A DNA stretch of 64,000 nucleotides from an uncultured Clostridia bacterium (GCA_944362765.1 CALVTP010000001.1:5395-69394), one strand, 5' to 3'; counted from the stretch's first letter, positions 16,982 through 27,595 are shown. Program-made: numbers and translations. The notes: a model not told the origin generated them from the letters alone.

Positions 16982-17833
16982 ATGAAGATATCAAATCAAA
17001 GCAAAGCCGAAATTTTGCTGGAAGCGCTGCCGTACATCAAAAAATACGCCGGAGAAACGGTGGTTATCAAATACGGCGGCAGCGCCATGACCGACGAAAA
17101 CCTTAAAAAGATGGTGGTAAAAGACATCGTTTTGTTGAGGCAGATAGGCGTCAATTGCGTAGTCGTGCACGGCGGCGGACCGGAAATTTCGGCGACGCTA
17201 GGTAAAATCGGCGTCGAAACGCGCTTCGTGAACGGGCTTCGCGTGACCGACGAAGAGAGTATCGGCGTAGTGCAGATGGTGCTTGCCGGTAAAATCAACA
17301 AGGATCTCGTAGCGTTGTTCGGTTCGATGGATTCGAAAGCGTTGGGGCTTTGCGGGATAGACGGAAAACTTCTGGAGGCAGAGCCGCTCGATCCCTCTTT
17401 GGGATACGTCGGAGCCGTTAAAGCAGTCGATCCGAAGCCGATCCTGGACGCCTTGGAAAGAGGATATATCCCCGTCGTGGCGCCTCTCGGGATAGGGGCG
17501 GACGGCAAGGTCTACAACATAAACGCGGATACCGCCGCCGCAAGGATAGCGGGCGCTCTCCGCGCGAAGTCCTTCATCAACATGACCGACGAAAAGGGCA
17601 TTCTGAGGGACAAAGACGAGCCCTCCAGCCTCATCCGTGAGGTCTCCGCCTCGGAAGCCGGCGAACTCATTTCCGAAGGAATAGTCTCCGGCGGAATGAC
17701 TCCGAAGGTGCGCTGTTGCATAGAAGCCATCCGCCGCGGCGTAGAAAAGGTGTTCATCATCGACGGCAGAGAGCCGCATTCGCTTATCATAGAAGTGCTC
17801 TCCGACGAAGGCATAGGCACGATGTTTTATTGA
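16982..17833 (+). CDS. argB: acetylglutamate kinase
   Basis: Amino-acid-kinase fold: VIKYGGSAM, VVVHGGGP, NINADTAA. Confidence 0.93.
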   Translation: MKISNQSKAEILLEALPYIKKYAGETVVIKYGGSAMTDENLKKMVVKDIVLLRQIGVNCVVVHGGGPEISATLGKIGVETRFVNGLRVTDEESIGVVQMVLAGKINKDLVALFGSMDSKALGLCGIDGKLLEAEPLDPSLGYVGAVKAVDPKPILDALERGYIPVVAPLGIGADGKVYNINADTAAARIAGALRAKSFINMTDEKGILRDKDEPSSLIREVSASEAGELISEGIVSGGMTPKVRCCIEAIRRGVEKVFIIDGREPHSLIIEVLSDEGIGTMFY

Positions 17834-17841
17834 GGTGTAAA

Positions 17842-18756
<915 letters not shown>

Positions 18757-18849
18757 CGGCATTTTCGGATAAAACTACTTTGCGATCGGCGTCGAAAAGG
18801 CGGTAATCGGCTGCGATTGCCGGCTGCGGGGCGGATCACGGGAGAAAGT

Positions 18850-19908
18850 ATGGATAAATATTTGGTTTTGGAAAACGGGAACGTTTACAAAGGAAAGGCG
18901 TTCGGACATACGGGAGACTCCGTCGGCGAGTTGGTGTTCACGACTGCCGTCGTCGGCTATACCGAAACGCTCACCGACCCGACCTACGCGGGTGAGATAG
19001 TCATGCAGACTTTCCCCGAGATAGGAAACTACGGAGTAATGTACGAGGACATGGAATCGGACGCAATAACCGCGGCGGGTTACGTCGTCTCCGGTTATTG
19101 CGATAAGCCTTCCAATTTCAGAACGGACACCGATATCGACTCCTTCCTGAAAGAACACGGAACGCCGGGACTTTACGGTATAGACACCCGCGCCGTTACG
19201 GCGGTAATCCGCAACGCCGGGGTGATGAATGCGGCGATAGTCTCCGATCCCGCCGGCGTCGATTTTGACAAGCTTCGCGGTTATAAAATCAATTGCGTCG
19301 CGGCGGGCACAAAAGAGGAGGTCGTTTACGAACCTGAAAAGGCGCTTTTTACGGTAGTATTATTTGATTACGGCGTGAAAAAGAGCATTGTTGCAAACCT
19401 GTTGAAACACGGCTGCCGCGTCATAAAAGTGCCTCGGAGCACCTCCGTACAGCGCGTCAGGGAACTTTCCCCGGACGGGATAGTGCTTTCAAACGGACCC
19501 GGAAATCCCGCCGAATACAAAAAAGAGATAAAAACGGTTTCCGCGCTTATCGGGTATAAGCCGATCTTCGGTATCGGGCTCGGGCATCAGCTGGCGGCAT
19601 TGGCGACGGGCGCGAAGGTAAGGAAGTTGAAGTACGGGCACCGCGGCGGCAACCGACCCGTCAGGGAAACGGCTACCGGGCGCACATTCGTTGTCGCCGA
19701 AAACCACGGCTATACCGTGGATATAAACTCTTTGAAAGCGGGTGTGCCGAGTTATCTGGACGCCAACGACGGCAGCCCCGAGGGGATAAATTATCCCGAA
19801 GCGGGCATGATGACGACGGCGTTTTACCCTGAAGCCGTCGCAGTACCGAAGGATATGAAAAAACCCTTCGACGAATTCGACAAATTGATGAAAGGAGGTA
19901 AACGCTGA
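18850..19908 (+). CDS. carA: carbamoyl-phosphate synthase small (glutaminase) subunit
   Basis: N-terminus LVLENGNVYKGKAFG, and the class-I GATase region GICLGHQ appears here as GIGLGHQ. ATG at 18850 is preceded by GGGAGAAAG. Confidence 0.9.
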   Translation: MDKYLVLENGNVYKGKAFGHTGDSVGELVFTTAVVGYTETLTDPTYAGEIVMQTFPEIGNYGVMYEDMESDAITAAGYVVSGYCDKPSNFRTDTDIDSFLKEHGTPGLYGIDTRAVTAVIRNAGVMNAAIVSDPAGVDFDKLRGYKINCVAAGTKEEVVYEPEKALFTVVLFDYGVKKSIVANLLKHGCRVIKVPRSTSVQRVRELSPDGIVLSNGPGNPAEYKKEIKTVSALIGYKPIFGIGLGHQLAALATGAKVRKLKYGHRGGNRPVRETATGRTFVVAENHGYTVDINSLKAGVPSYLDANDGSPEGINYPEAGMMTTAFYPEAVAVPKDMKKPFDEFDKLMKGGKR

Positions 19909-22900
19909 TGCCTCGCGACCCTAAAATCAAGAAAGTATTGGTTATCGGTTCGGGACCTATTGTCATAGGGCAGGCGGCGGAGTTCGACTATGCGGGAACG
20001 CAGGCTTGCCGCGTTCTGAAGGCGGAAGGGATAAAAGTGGTACTGGTCAACTCCAACCCCGCGACGATAATGACCGACTCGGCGCTTGCGGACGCCATCT
20101 ACACCGAGCCGCTGACGCTGGAAACGGTCAAGCGTATCATTATAAAAGAAAAGCCCGATTCGGTTCTCGGGACTTTGGGCGGACAGACCGGTCTCACGCT
20201 GTCGATGCAGCTTGAAAAAGAGGAGTTTCTGAAGGCGCATAAGGTGCGCCTCATCGGTACCGACGCAAACTCCATATGTCTTGCCGAAGACAGAGAGCTC
20301 TTCAAAGAGACGATGGAGTCCATCAATATGCCCTGTATCCCGTCGGACATCGCTTCGACGGTGGAGGAGGCGCTTCTTGCGGCGGAAAAGACAGGCTACC
20401 CCGTCATAGTGCGTCCGGCGTTTACGCTTGGCGGTAACGGCGGCGGCGTCGCCTACTCCGCGGAGCAGTTAAAGGAGGTAGCTGCGGGAGGGCTGGAAGC
20501 GTCGCCGATATCGCAGATCCTCGTCGAAAAGTATATTTACGGCTGGAAGGAGATAGAGTTCGAAGCCATCCGCGATGCGGCAGGCAATACAATAGCCGTC
20601 TGCAGCATGGAAAACGTCGACCCCGTCGGCGTACACACCGGCGACTCGATAGTCGTGGCGCCTGCGCTGACGCTTTCCGACAAAGAGTACGAAATGCTTC
20701 GCGCCGCTTCCATAGATATCGTCACCAGGCTGAATATTATAGGCGGGTGTAACTGCCAATACGCGTTGGATCCCGAATCGATGCGCTTTGCCGTCATCGA
20801 GGTCAACCCCAGGCTGTCGCGTTCGTCGGCGCTTGCGAGTAAAGCTACCGGATATCCGATAGCGAAAGTGGCGACGAGGTTGGCGCTCGGGTACACCCTG
20901 GACGAAATAAAAAACGAAGTCACCGGGAAGACATCGGCGTGCTTCGAACCTTCCGTCGATTACATCGTCTGCAAGTTCCCGAAGTGGCCCTTCGACAAAT
21001 TCGTCTACGCCGACAGAACGCTCGGCACGCAGATGAAAGCTACCGGCGAAGTGATGAGCATAGCGCCTTCCTTCGAAGCGGCGGTCATGAAGGCGGTGCG
21101 CGGTGCCGAAATAGGAGTCGACACTCTGAACATGCCCTCCATTCAGGGAATGGACGTCGAAAAATTGATGGCGGCGTCGGACGACAGAAGGCTTTTTGCC
21201 GTCTTTAAAGCGTTAAAAGAAGGGATGCCGCCGGAGCGCATATACGACATCACGAAGATAGACAAATTCTTCTTATATAAGCTTAAAAACCTTGCCGACT
21301 ACGAAAAGAGCATAGAAGGGCGTACGCTTAGCAAAGAGGAGTATCTCGAAGGAAAACGCTATGGCTACACCGACAAGGCGTTGGAGCGCATTTCCGGCAA
21401 TAAGGTTCCCGAACATCGCAATGCGGTATACAAAATGGTAGATACGTGCGCAGCGGAGTTCGACGCCGAGACCCCTTACTTCTATTCTTCCTACGGCGAC
21501 GAGGACGAGGCGCCGAGGCACATCGATCCCGAAAAGAAGAGGGTTCTGGTGCTGGGATCGGGACCGATAAGGATAGGTCAGGGCATAGAGTTCGACTACT
21601 CGAGCGTCCATTGCGCGTGGGCTATAAAGCGGCTGGGGTACGAGGTGAGCATAATAAACAACAACCCCGAGACGGTGTCCACCGACTTCGACGTTGCGGA
21701 CAGGCTCTATTTCGAGCCGCTGACTCCGGAGGATGTCGACAACGTCATTGCCGTCGAAAAGCCCATAGGAGTCGTCGTCGCTTTTGGCGGTCAGACGGCG
21801 ATAAAGCTGACAAAGCACCTCGACGAAAAGGGAGTAAAAGTGCTCGGAACTTCCGCCGACGGCATCGACAAAGCCGAGGACAGGGAGCGCTTCGACAAGC
21901 TTTTGGAAGAAGTGGGCTTCAAGCGTCCGAAGGGCTACGGCGTCACCAACATGTCCGACGCCGTACAGGTGGCGGAGAGTCTCGGGTATCCCGTGCTGGT
22001 CAGACCTTCTTACGTAATCGGCGGACAGAATATGACGATAGCCTATAACGACGCCGACGTCGAGGAGTATATGGGCTTGATCTTGCAGTCGGGAGTCGAT
22101 TCGCCGGTACTTATCGACAAATATCTGATGGGGACGGAGCTCGAAGTCGACGTAATTTCCGACGGCGAAGACGTCCTGATGCCCGGCATCATGCAGCACA
22201 TCGAGCGCGCCGGCATACACTCCGGAGACTCGATAGCCGTCTATCCTCCTTATAATATAGGCGACGTCATGCGCGAAAAGATAGTCGACTGTTCGACGAG
22301 GCTGGCGCTCCTTCTCGGAACAAGGGGTTTGGTCAACATCCAGTACGTCATCTACGAAAACGAACTTTATGTCATCGAAGTCAATCCCAGGGCGTCGAGG
22401 ACTATACCGTATCTAAGTAAAGTCACCGGTATTCCGATGGTCGATATCGCCACTCACATCATGCTCGGCGGCAAACTGAAGGATCTTGGTTACGAAACGG
22501 GGCTTCAGAAGACTGTGCCGTACGTCACCTGCAAAGTACCGGTATTTTCATTCGAAAAGATCAGGAACGTCAACTCCGTTCTGGGTCCCGAGATGAAATC
22601 GACAGGCGAAGTGCTGGGAGTCGGGAAAACGCTTGTCGAGGCGCTTTTCAAAGGACTGACCGCGGCAGGGTTTAAAATTGACATCAACAAGGAAAACCGC
22701 GGCGTTTATATTTCGGTGAGGGACGTCGACAAGTACGACGCATTGAAGCTTGCGAAGAAGTTTCTTGATCTCGGTATCACCATCTACGCCGAAGGCGCCG
22801 CCGCCGAAGTGGTGCACGAATTGGGCTCCGACTGCGTAGAAGTCACCGGCGAAGAAATCTATCCGCTCCTGGAAGAAGGGAAGATAGATTACATCGTCTC

Positions 22901-23921
22901 CACCGTTTCCAACGCGAGAACCGCCGTCGATAAGTATATAAAACTCCGGACGCGCGCCATTCAGATGGGAGTGGCATGCATGACCTCTCTCGACACCGCA
23001 AATGCGCTCGCCGACATTCTGGCTTCCCGTTTCACCGAAAGCAATACCGAGCTTGTCGACCTCAACAAAATGCGCAAAAAGCGGTTGAAAATCGCCTTCT
23101 CGAAGATGCAGTCGCTCGGAAACGACGGTGTCTATATCGAAAACTTCGACAATTCCGTCAACTGCCCGGAAAGTCTGGCGATACTGTTTGCCGACCGCAA
23201 TTTCGGCATCGGCGCCAACGGTCTTGCGGTCATCGGAAAATCGGACGTCGCCGACGCCAGAATGGATATCTATAATAAAGACGGTTCCGACGGCAAGACT
23301 TCGGGAACGACGCTGGTCTGTACGGGAAAATTCCTCTACGACCGCGGATTGGTCAAAAAGACCGATATCACCATAGAAACGCAGTCCGGGATAAGGGAAC
23401 TAACACTCTATCTTTCAGACGGCTTGGTGTCCGGCGTCACCTGCGACATGGGCGTCCCCGCACTGAAACCCGAGGACATCCCGTCAAGCCTCGAGGGCGA
23501 TTCCGTCATCGGAAGAGAGGTGGAGCTGCGCGGCAAAACCTACAAAGTCACCGCGCTTTCGCTCGGCAATCCTCACCTTGTCATCTTTGTCGACAGAGTC
23601 GACGACGTCGATATTCTGAAAGAGGGTCCGCTGTTTGAGTATGCCCCGTTCTTCGGCGAGAGGACGAATGTCGAATTTGTGCGGGTAGTCAACTCTTCGA
23701 CCCTCAAAATGCGCGTCTGGGAGAGGGGTAACGGCGAAACGCCGGCTTCGGGTTCGGGCGCCTGCGCGGCGGTAGTGGCGGCGACGCTGAACGGCTTTAT
23801 CCCGCGCGGCAGCGACATTACCGTAAAGACCCGCGGCGGCGACGTCACCGTGCATTACGATAAGACGGTGTCGCTGACTTCCTCGGCGCACCTCGTTTTC
23901 GAAGGCACCATCAGAATCTGA
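19908..23921 (+). CDS. carB: carbamoyl-phosphate synthase large subunit fused in frame to a C-terminal DapF-like (diaminopimelate-epimerase-fold) domain
   Basis: Residues 1 to ~1059 form a complete CarB: KVLVIGSGPIVIGQAAEFDY, the second-half copy RVLVLGSGPIRIGQGIEFDY, and an MGS-like tail. From nt 23085 come FSKMQSLGNDG ... NKDGSDGKTSGTT ... SLGNPHLV ... ERGNGETPASGSGACAA, the DapF pattern with both catalytic Cys positions occupied by Ser. The start overlaps the carA stop (TGATG). Confidence 0.9.
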   Translation: MPRDPKIKKVLVIGSGPIVIGQAAEFDYAGTQACRVLKAEGIKVVLVNSNPATIMTDSALADAIYTEPLTLETVKRIIIKEKPDSVLGTLGGQTGLTLSMQLEKEEFLKAHKVRLIGTDANSICLAEDRELFKETMESINMPCIPSDIASTVEEALLAAEKTGYPVIVRPAFTLGGNGGGVAYSAEQLKEVAAGGLEASPISQILVEKYIYGWKEIEFEAIRDAAGNTIAVCSMENVDPVGVHTGDSIVVAPALTLSDKEYEMLRAASIDIVTRLNIIGGCNCQYALDPESMRFAVIEVNPRLSRSSALASKATGYPIAKVATRLALGYTLDEIKNEVTGKTSACFEPSVDYIVCKFPKWPFDKFVYADRTLGTQMKATGEVMSIAPSFEAAVMKAVRGAEIGVDTLNMPSIQGMDVEKLMAASDDRRLFAVFKALKEGMPPERIYDITKIDKFFLYKLKNLADYEKSIEGRTLSKEEYLEGKRYGYTDKALERISGNKVPEHRNAVYKMVDTCAAEFDAETPYFYSSYGDEDEAPRHIDPEKKRVLVLGSGPIRIGQGIEFDYSSVHCAWAIKRLGYEVSIINNNPETVSTDFDVADRLYFEPLTPEDVDNVIAVEKPIGVVVAFGGQTAIKLTKHLDEKGVKVLGTSADGIDKAEDRERFDKLLEEVGFKRPKGYGVTNMSDAVQVAESLGYPVLVRPSYVIGGQNMTIAYNDADVEEYMGLILQSGVDSPVLIDKYLMGTELEVDVISDGEDVLMPGIMQHIERAGIHSGDSIAVYPPYNIGDVMREKIVDCSTRLALLLGTRGLVNIQYVIYENELYVIEVNPRASRTIPYLSKVTGIPMVDIATHIMLGGKLKDLGYETGLQKTVPYVTCKVPVFSFEKIRNVNSVLGPEMKSTGEVLGVGKTLVEALFKGLTAAGFKIDINKENRGVYISVRDVDKYDALKLAKKFLDLGITIYAEGAAAEVVHELGSDCVEVTGEEIYPLLEEGKIDYIVSTVSNARTAVDKYIKLRTRAIQMGVACMTSLDTANALADILASRFTESNTELVDLNKMRKKRLKIAFSKMQSLGNDGVYIENFDNSVNCPESLAILFADRNFGIGANGLAVIGKSDVADARMDIYNKDGSDGKTSGTTLVCTGKFLYDRGLVKKTDITIETQSGIRELTLYLSDGLVSGVTCDMGVPALKPEDIPSSLEGDSVIGREVELRGKTYKVTALSLGNPHLVIFVDRVDDVDILKEGPLFEYAPFFGERTNVEFVRVVNSSTLKMRVWERGNGETPASGSGACAAVVAATLNGFIPRGSDITVKTRGGDVTVHYDKTVSLTSSAHLVFEGTIRI

Positions 23922-23973
23922 CAGAAAAGTGCCGGAGTGCCTTTCCCGCCGGACGGCGGCAGGCCTTATATCA

Positions 23974-23997
23974 AGCCCGTCCCCGGACGGGCTTTTC
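23974..23997 (+). terminator. rho-independent terminator after carB
   Basis: AGCCCGTCC-cc-GGACGGGCT followed by TTTT. Confidence 0.8.
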
Positions 23998-24045
23998 CTA
24001 TGGCAAATTATTTGGTTTTCCGGGCGAAATTATAGCCCGAAAGAC

Positions 24046-24075
24046 TTGCCTGTATTCCATCTTTTATGGTATGAT
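24046..24075 (+). promoter_or_regulatory. candidate promoter (TTGCCT-N18-TGgTATGAT)
   Basis: TTGCCT at 24046-24051 and TG-extended TATGAT at 24070-24075, upstream of the decarboxylase operon. Confidence 0.45.
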
Positions 24076-24122
24076 ACACTCACGGGAGTTTGGGTCAGCT
24101 CCCAATAGTATCAGGAGGCAAT

Positions 24123-25511
24123 ATGAATAAAGTTCAATTCACCGAAACAGTCTTGCGCGACGCCAATCAATCTTTGATTGCCACACGCCTGCCGTTTTCA
24201 AAGTTCGAAAAGATTTTGCCGGTCATGGACAAAGCCGGCTATTATTCCGTCGAGTGCTGGGGCGGAGCGACCTTCGATTCCTGCCTGAGGTTCCTGGATG
24301 AGGATCCGTGGGAGAGGCTCCATAAAATCAAGGCGGCTATGCCGAACACCAAGCTCCAGATGCTCCTCAGAGGTCAGAACCTTTTAGGTTACAAGCATTA
24401 CCCCGACGACGTCGTCAAAAAATTCGTAGAATACTCCGTCAAGGGCGGTATCGACATCCTGAGAATTTTCGACGCGCTGAACGATCTCAGAAACCTCGAA
24501 GTTGCGGTTGACGCCGCGGTAGCTAACGGCGCGCACGCTTCGATAGCCATTTCATACACCACTTCCCCCGTACATACCCTCAAAAAGTTTGCCGAAATGT
24601 CCAAGGACATGGAAAAAATGGGCGCAGGTTCCATCTGTATAAAGGACATGGCGGGCGTCATGAGCCCGAAGGAATCCTACGACCTCGTCTCGGCGATAAA
24701 GGACGCCGTATCGGTGCCGGTAGTGCTGCACACCCATTGCACGACGGGATTGGCGTTCATGACGGTATTGAAAGCGGTGGAAGCGGGCTGTGACGTCATC
24801 GACACGGCGACTTCCTGCTTCTCGGGCGGCACTTCGCAGCCGGCGACGGAAACCCTCGTCTATGCGTTGAAACAGCTCGGCTACGAGGTCGACATCGACG
24901 AAAAAGTCATGAACGAGGTCAATTCCTTCTTCAAACCCATCCGCGACGAGTACCTTGCCTCGGGCTTACTCGATCCCAAAGTCATGGCGACCGATACGCA
25001 GGCGCTGAATTATAAGATCCCCGGCGGCATGCTTTCCAACCTTATTTCGCAGCTGAAAATGCAAAACGCCATCGACAGGCTCGATGAAGTGCTCGTCGAA
25101 ACCCCCAAAGTGCGCGAAGACCTGGGCTACCCGCCGCTGGTCACTCCGATGAGCCAGATGGTGGGCGTTCAGGCAGTCAACAACGTGCTCCAGGGCGAAA
25201 GATATAAATTGATAGGTAAAGAAGTCAAAGCGTATTGCCACGGCGAATACGGCAGGGCGCCCGGAAAGATCAATGAGGAGCTTATGAAGAAGGCTCTTGG
25301 TGACGAAAAACCCGTCACCTGCCGCTTTGCGGACACGCTGGAGCCCGAGTTCGAAGCAACAAAGGAAAAATTGAAGGGCGTGGCTCGCTCCGAAGAGGAC
25401 GTTTTAAGCTACATCGCCTTCCCGCAAATCGCCGAAAAGTTCTTCGCGGCAAGAAAAGCCAAAGAGGAAAAACAAGTCAAGTACACGATAGAAGCCGTAG
25501 AGGAGGAATAG
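24123..25511 (+). CDS. oadA: oxaloacetate decarboxylase alpha subunit / pyruvate-carboxylase-type carboxyltransferase (no biotinyl domain)
   Basis: SD AGGAGG, ATG at 24123. N-terminus FTETVLRDANQSL, HTHCTTG metal site, PYC_OADA-type C-terminal region. The protein ends without an (A/E)MKM biotin-attachment domain. Confidence 0.85.
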   Translation: MNKVQFTETVLRDANQSLIATRLPFSKFEKILPVMDKAGYYSVECWGGATFDSCLRFLDEDPWERLHKIKAAMPNTKLQMLLRGQNLLGYKHYPDDVVKKFVEYSVKGGIDILRIFDALNDLRNLEVAVDAAVANGAHASIAISYTTSPVHTLKKFAEMSKDMEKMGAGSICIKDMAGVMSPKESYDLVSAIKDAVSVPVVLHTHCTTGLAFMTVLKAVEAGCDVIDTATSCFSGGTSQPATETLVYALKQLGYEVDIDEKVMNEVNSFFKPIRDEYLASGLLDPKVMATDTQALNYKIPGGMLSNLISQLKMQNAIDRLDEVLVETPKVREDLGYPPLVTPMSQMVGVQAVNNVLQGERYKLIGKEVKAYCHGEYGRAPGKINEELMKKALGDEKPVTCRFADTLEPEFEATKEKLKGVARSEEDVLSYIAFPQIAEKFFAARKAKEEKQVKYTIEAVEEE

Positions 25512-25514
25512 TCA

Positions 25515-25904
25515 ATGTTACTTGCTAACGAAAACATAGGAATCCTGGATAGCCTGTTGTTGTCCGCCGTTTCTATGGGCATCATCATGGCGATCCTTTT
25601 CCTGATAATGATGATGATATACCTGATGAGCTGGGCGTACAGGCAGTTCAAGAAAAAGCAGGCGGAGAAGGCGGGTAAACCCATCGTAGCCGAAGCGCCC
25701 GCTGAAGGCGGAGAAAACGGAGCGCCTCGTGAAGCGACTGCTCCCGGTTCCTGCGGAGAATTGAAATTGGTAAAAACGTCCGAAGCCGACGCCGCAATGA
25801 TAATGGCGATCGTCGCAGACAACCTCGGAGAGGAGCTTAACACGCTTCGCTTCAAGGAGATAAAACTCGTCGAAAATCCGGAAAAAACCGAAGGCGATAA
25901 ATAA
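25515..25904 (+). CDS. oadG: OadG-like sodium-pump decarboxylase gamma subunit
   Basis: Single N-terminal TM helix (LLLSAVSMGIIMAILFLIMMMIY) followed by a charged linker. Lies between the alpha and biotin-carrier genes. Confidence 0.6.
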   Translation: MLLANENIGILDSLLLSAVSMGIIMAILFLIMMMIYLMSWAYRQFKKKQAEKAGKPIVAEAPAEGGENGAPREATAPGSCGELKLVKTSEADAAMIMAIVADNLGEELNTLRFKEIKLVENPEKTEGDK

Positions 25905-25930
25905 CGAAATATTAATTAAGGAGTTCCGAA

Positions 25931-26332
25931 ATGAAATATAAGGTTACCCTAAACGGAAAAATATATGAAGTTGAAGTGGAAAAAGGCGAAGCCGTTTTGC
26001 TGAAAGAATACGCTGCCGCGGCTCCCGCTCCGGCTCCTGCCGCCGCGGCACCCGCAGCACCCGCAGCACCCGTCTCACCCGCTCCCGCGGCACCTGCCGC
26101 AAGTGCCAACCTCGGCGCAGGCAGAGTGGTAGGCGCTCCCCTTCCCGGCACCGTTTTGCAGGTCAAGGGAAGTGAGGGTCAGAAGGTCAAGGCGGGCGAG
26201 ACTATAATCATAATCGAGGCGATGAAGATGGAAAACGAAGTCGTCGCTCCCGTAGACGGCACCATCACTTCGATAGTCGCCCAGAAGGGCGCCGCCGTTC
26301 AGGCAAACGATCCGCTGTTTACGATAGCCTGA
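25931..26332 (+). CDS. free-standing biotin carboxyl carrier protein (biotinyl domain with Ala/Pro linker)
   Basis: C-terminal biotinyl domain with the EAMKMENE attachment motif, preceded by the AAAAPAPAPAAAAPAAPAAPVSPAPAAPAA linker. Confidence 0.88.
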   Translation: MKYKVTLNGKIYEVEVEKGEAVLLKEYAAAAPAPAPAAAAPAAPAAPVSPAPAAPAASANLGAGRVVGAPLPGTVLQVKGSEGQKVKAGETIIIIEAMKMENEVVAPVDGTITSIVAQKGAAVQANDPLFTIA

Positions 26333-26369
26333 TCGCTTTCCCGATTTGTTCATTAACTAAGGACGTTTT

Positions 26370-27551
26370 ATGGATATAGGTCAATTGTTTGTCGATTTGG
26401 CGAAGGATTCGGGCTTCGCCGGATTGTTTACGGGCGCAGGCTGGCAAAATCTGGTGATGATAATCATCGCGCTGGTGCTGTTGTTCTTAGGAATAGTAAA
26501 AAAGTTCGAGCCCCTTCTTTTGGTGGGTATCGCTTTCGGAATGCTTTTAAGTAACCTTCCTTTCGGCGAGGTCTTCCACCCCGAGATGTGGAATACGGAG
26601 GGCGACGTAGACTATGCCACCGTACTGCAAAAGGGGGGACTTATCGATATTTTGTACATAGGCGTCAAGACAGGCGTCTATCCCTGCCTCATTTTCGTAG
26701 GCGTCGGCGCAATGACCGACTTCGGACCGATGATAGCCAATCCGAAGTCTTTGCTGCTCGGCGCGGCGGCGCAATTGGGCGTGTTTACGGCGTTCTTCCT
26801 CGCTGTCTGCATAGGATTTGATGGACGCGAAGCCGCTTCCATCGGTATCATCGGCGGAGCCGACGGACCCACAGCCATCTGGCTTACGAAGTCGCTTGCA
26901 CCCCATCTTCTGAGTGCGATAGCCATTGCGGCGTATTCGTATATGGCGCTGATACCTTTGATTCAGCCGCCGCTGATGCGCCTCATCGTACCTAAAAAAG
27001 AACGCGCAATCAAAATGGGACAGCTGAGGGAAGTCTCCAAGACCGAAAAGATCATTTTCCCCATCATGGTGACGGTATTTACGGTGATGCTGCTTCCTTC
27101 CGTTGCGGGACTGCTGGGCTGCCTGATGTTCGGAAACCTTCTGAAAGAGACGGGGGTCACCGAGCGCCTTTCCGACACCGCCCAGAATGCGTTGATGAAC
27201 ATCGTCACGCTCTTCCTCGGCATTTCCGTCGGAGCCACCGCGGTGGGCGCAACCTTCCTCAAAAAGGAGACCATCTATATCATTCTCCTCGGACTGTTCG
27301 CTTTTGCGTTCTCGACGATCGGCGGCTTGCTGTTCGGAAGGTTGATGTGCAAACTGACGAAGGGCAAGATCAACCCGTTGATCGGCGCGGCAGGCGTTTC
27401 CGCGGTTCCGATGGCGGCGAGAGTGGCGCATACGGAAGGGCTGAAAGCCAATCCCGAATCCTATCTGCTGATGCACGCCATGGGTCCGAATGTCGCGGGC
27501 GTTATCGGTTCCGCCGTCGCCGCGGGCATTCTGATGAGCGTCTTCGGCTAA
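26370..27551 (+). CDS. oadB: Na+-translocating decarboxylase beta subunit
   Basis: 393 aa polytopic membrane protein. Motifs IGIIGGADGPT and IGAAGVSAVPMAARV are characteristic of OadB/GcdB/MmdB. Confidence 0.88.
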   Translation: MDIGQLFVDLAKDSGFAGLFTGAGWQNLVMIIIALVLLFLGIVKKFEPLLLVGIAFGMLLSNLPFGEVFHPEMWNTEGDVDYATVLQKGGLIDILYIGVKTGVYPCLIFVGVGAMTDFGPMIANPKSLLLGAAAQLGVFTAFFLAVCIGFDGREAASIGIIGGADGPTAIWLTKSLAPHLLSAIAIAAYSYMALIPLIQPPLMRLIVPKKERAIKMGQLREVSKTEKIIFPIMVTVFTVMLLPSVAGLLGCLMFGNLLKETGVTERLSDTAQNALMNIVTLFLGISVGATAVGATFLKKETIYIILLGLFAFAFSTIGGLLFGRLMCKLTKGKINPLIGAAGVSAVPMAARVAHTEGLKANPESYLLMHAMGPNVAGVIGSAVAAGILMSVFG

Positions 27552-27595
27552 GACACAAAAATTATCGCCGCTCGAAGCGGCGGATACAAAAATCA

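Noticed and set aside
25912-26166. Ala/Gly-rich minus-strand ORF and apparent low-complexity repeat
   Set aside because: It is antisense to the Ala/Pro-rich flexible linker of the biotin carrier protein. That linker is a normal BCCP feature rather than an independent repeat element.
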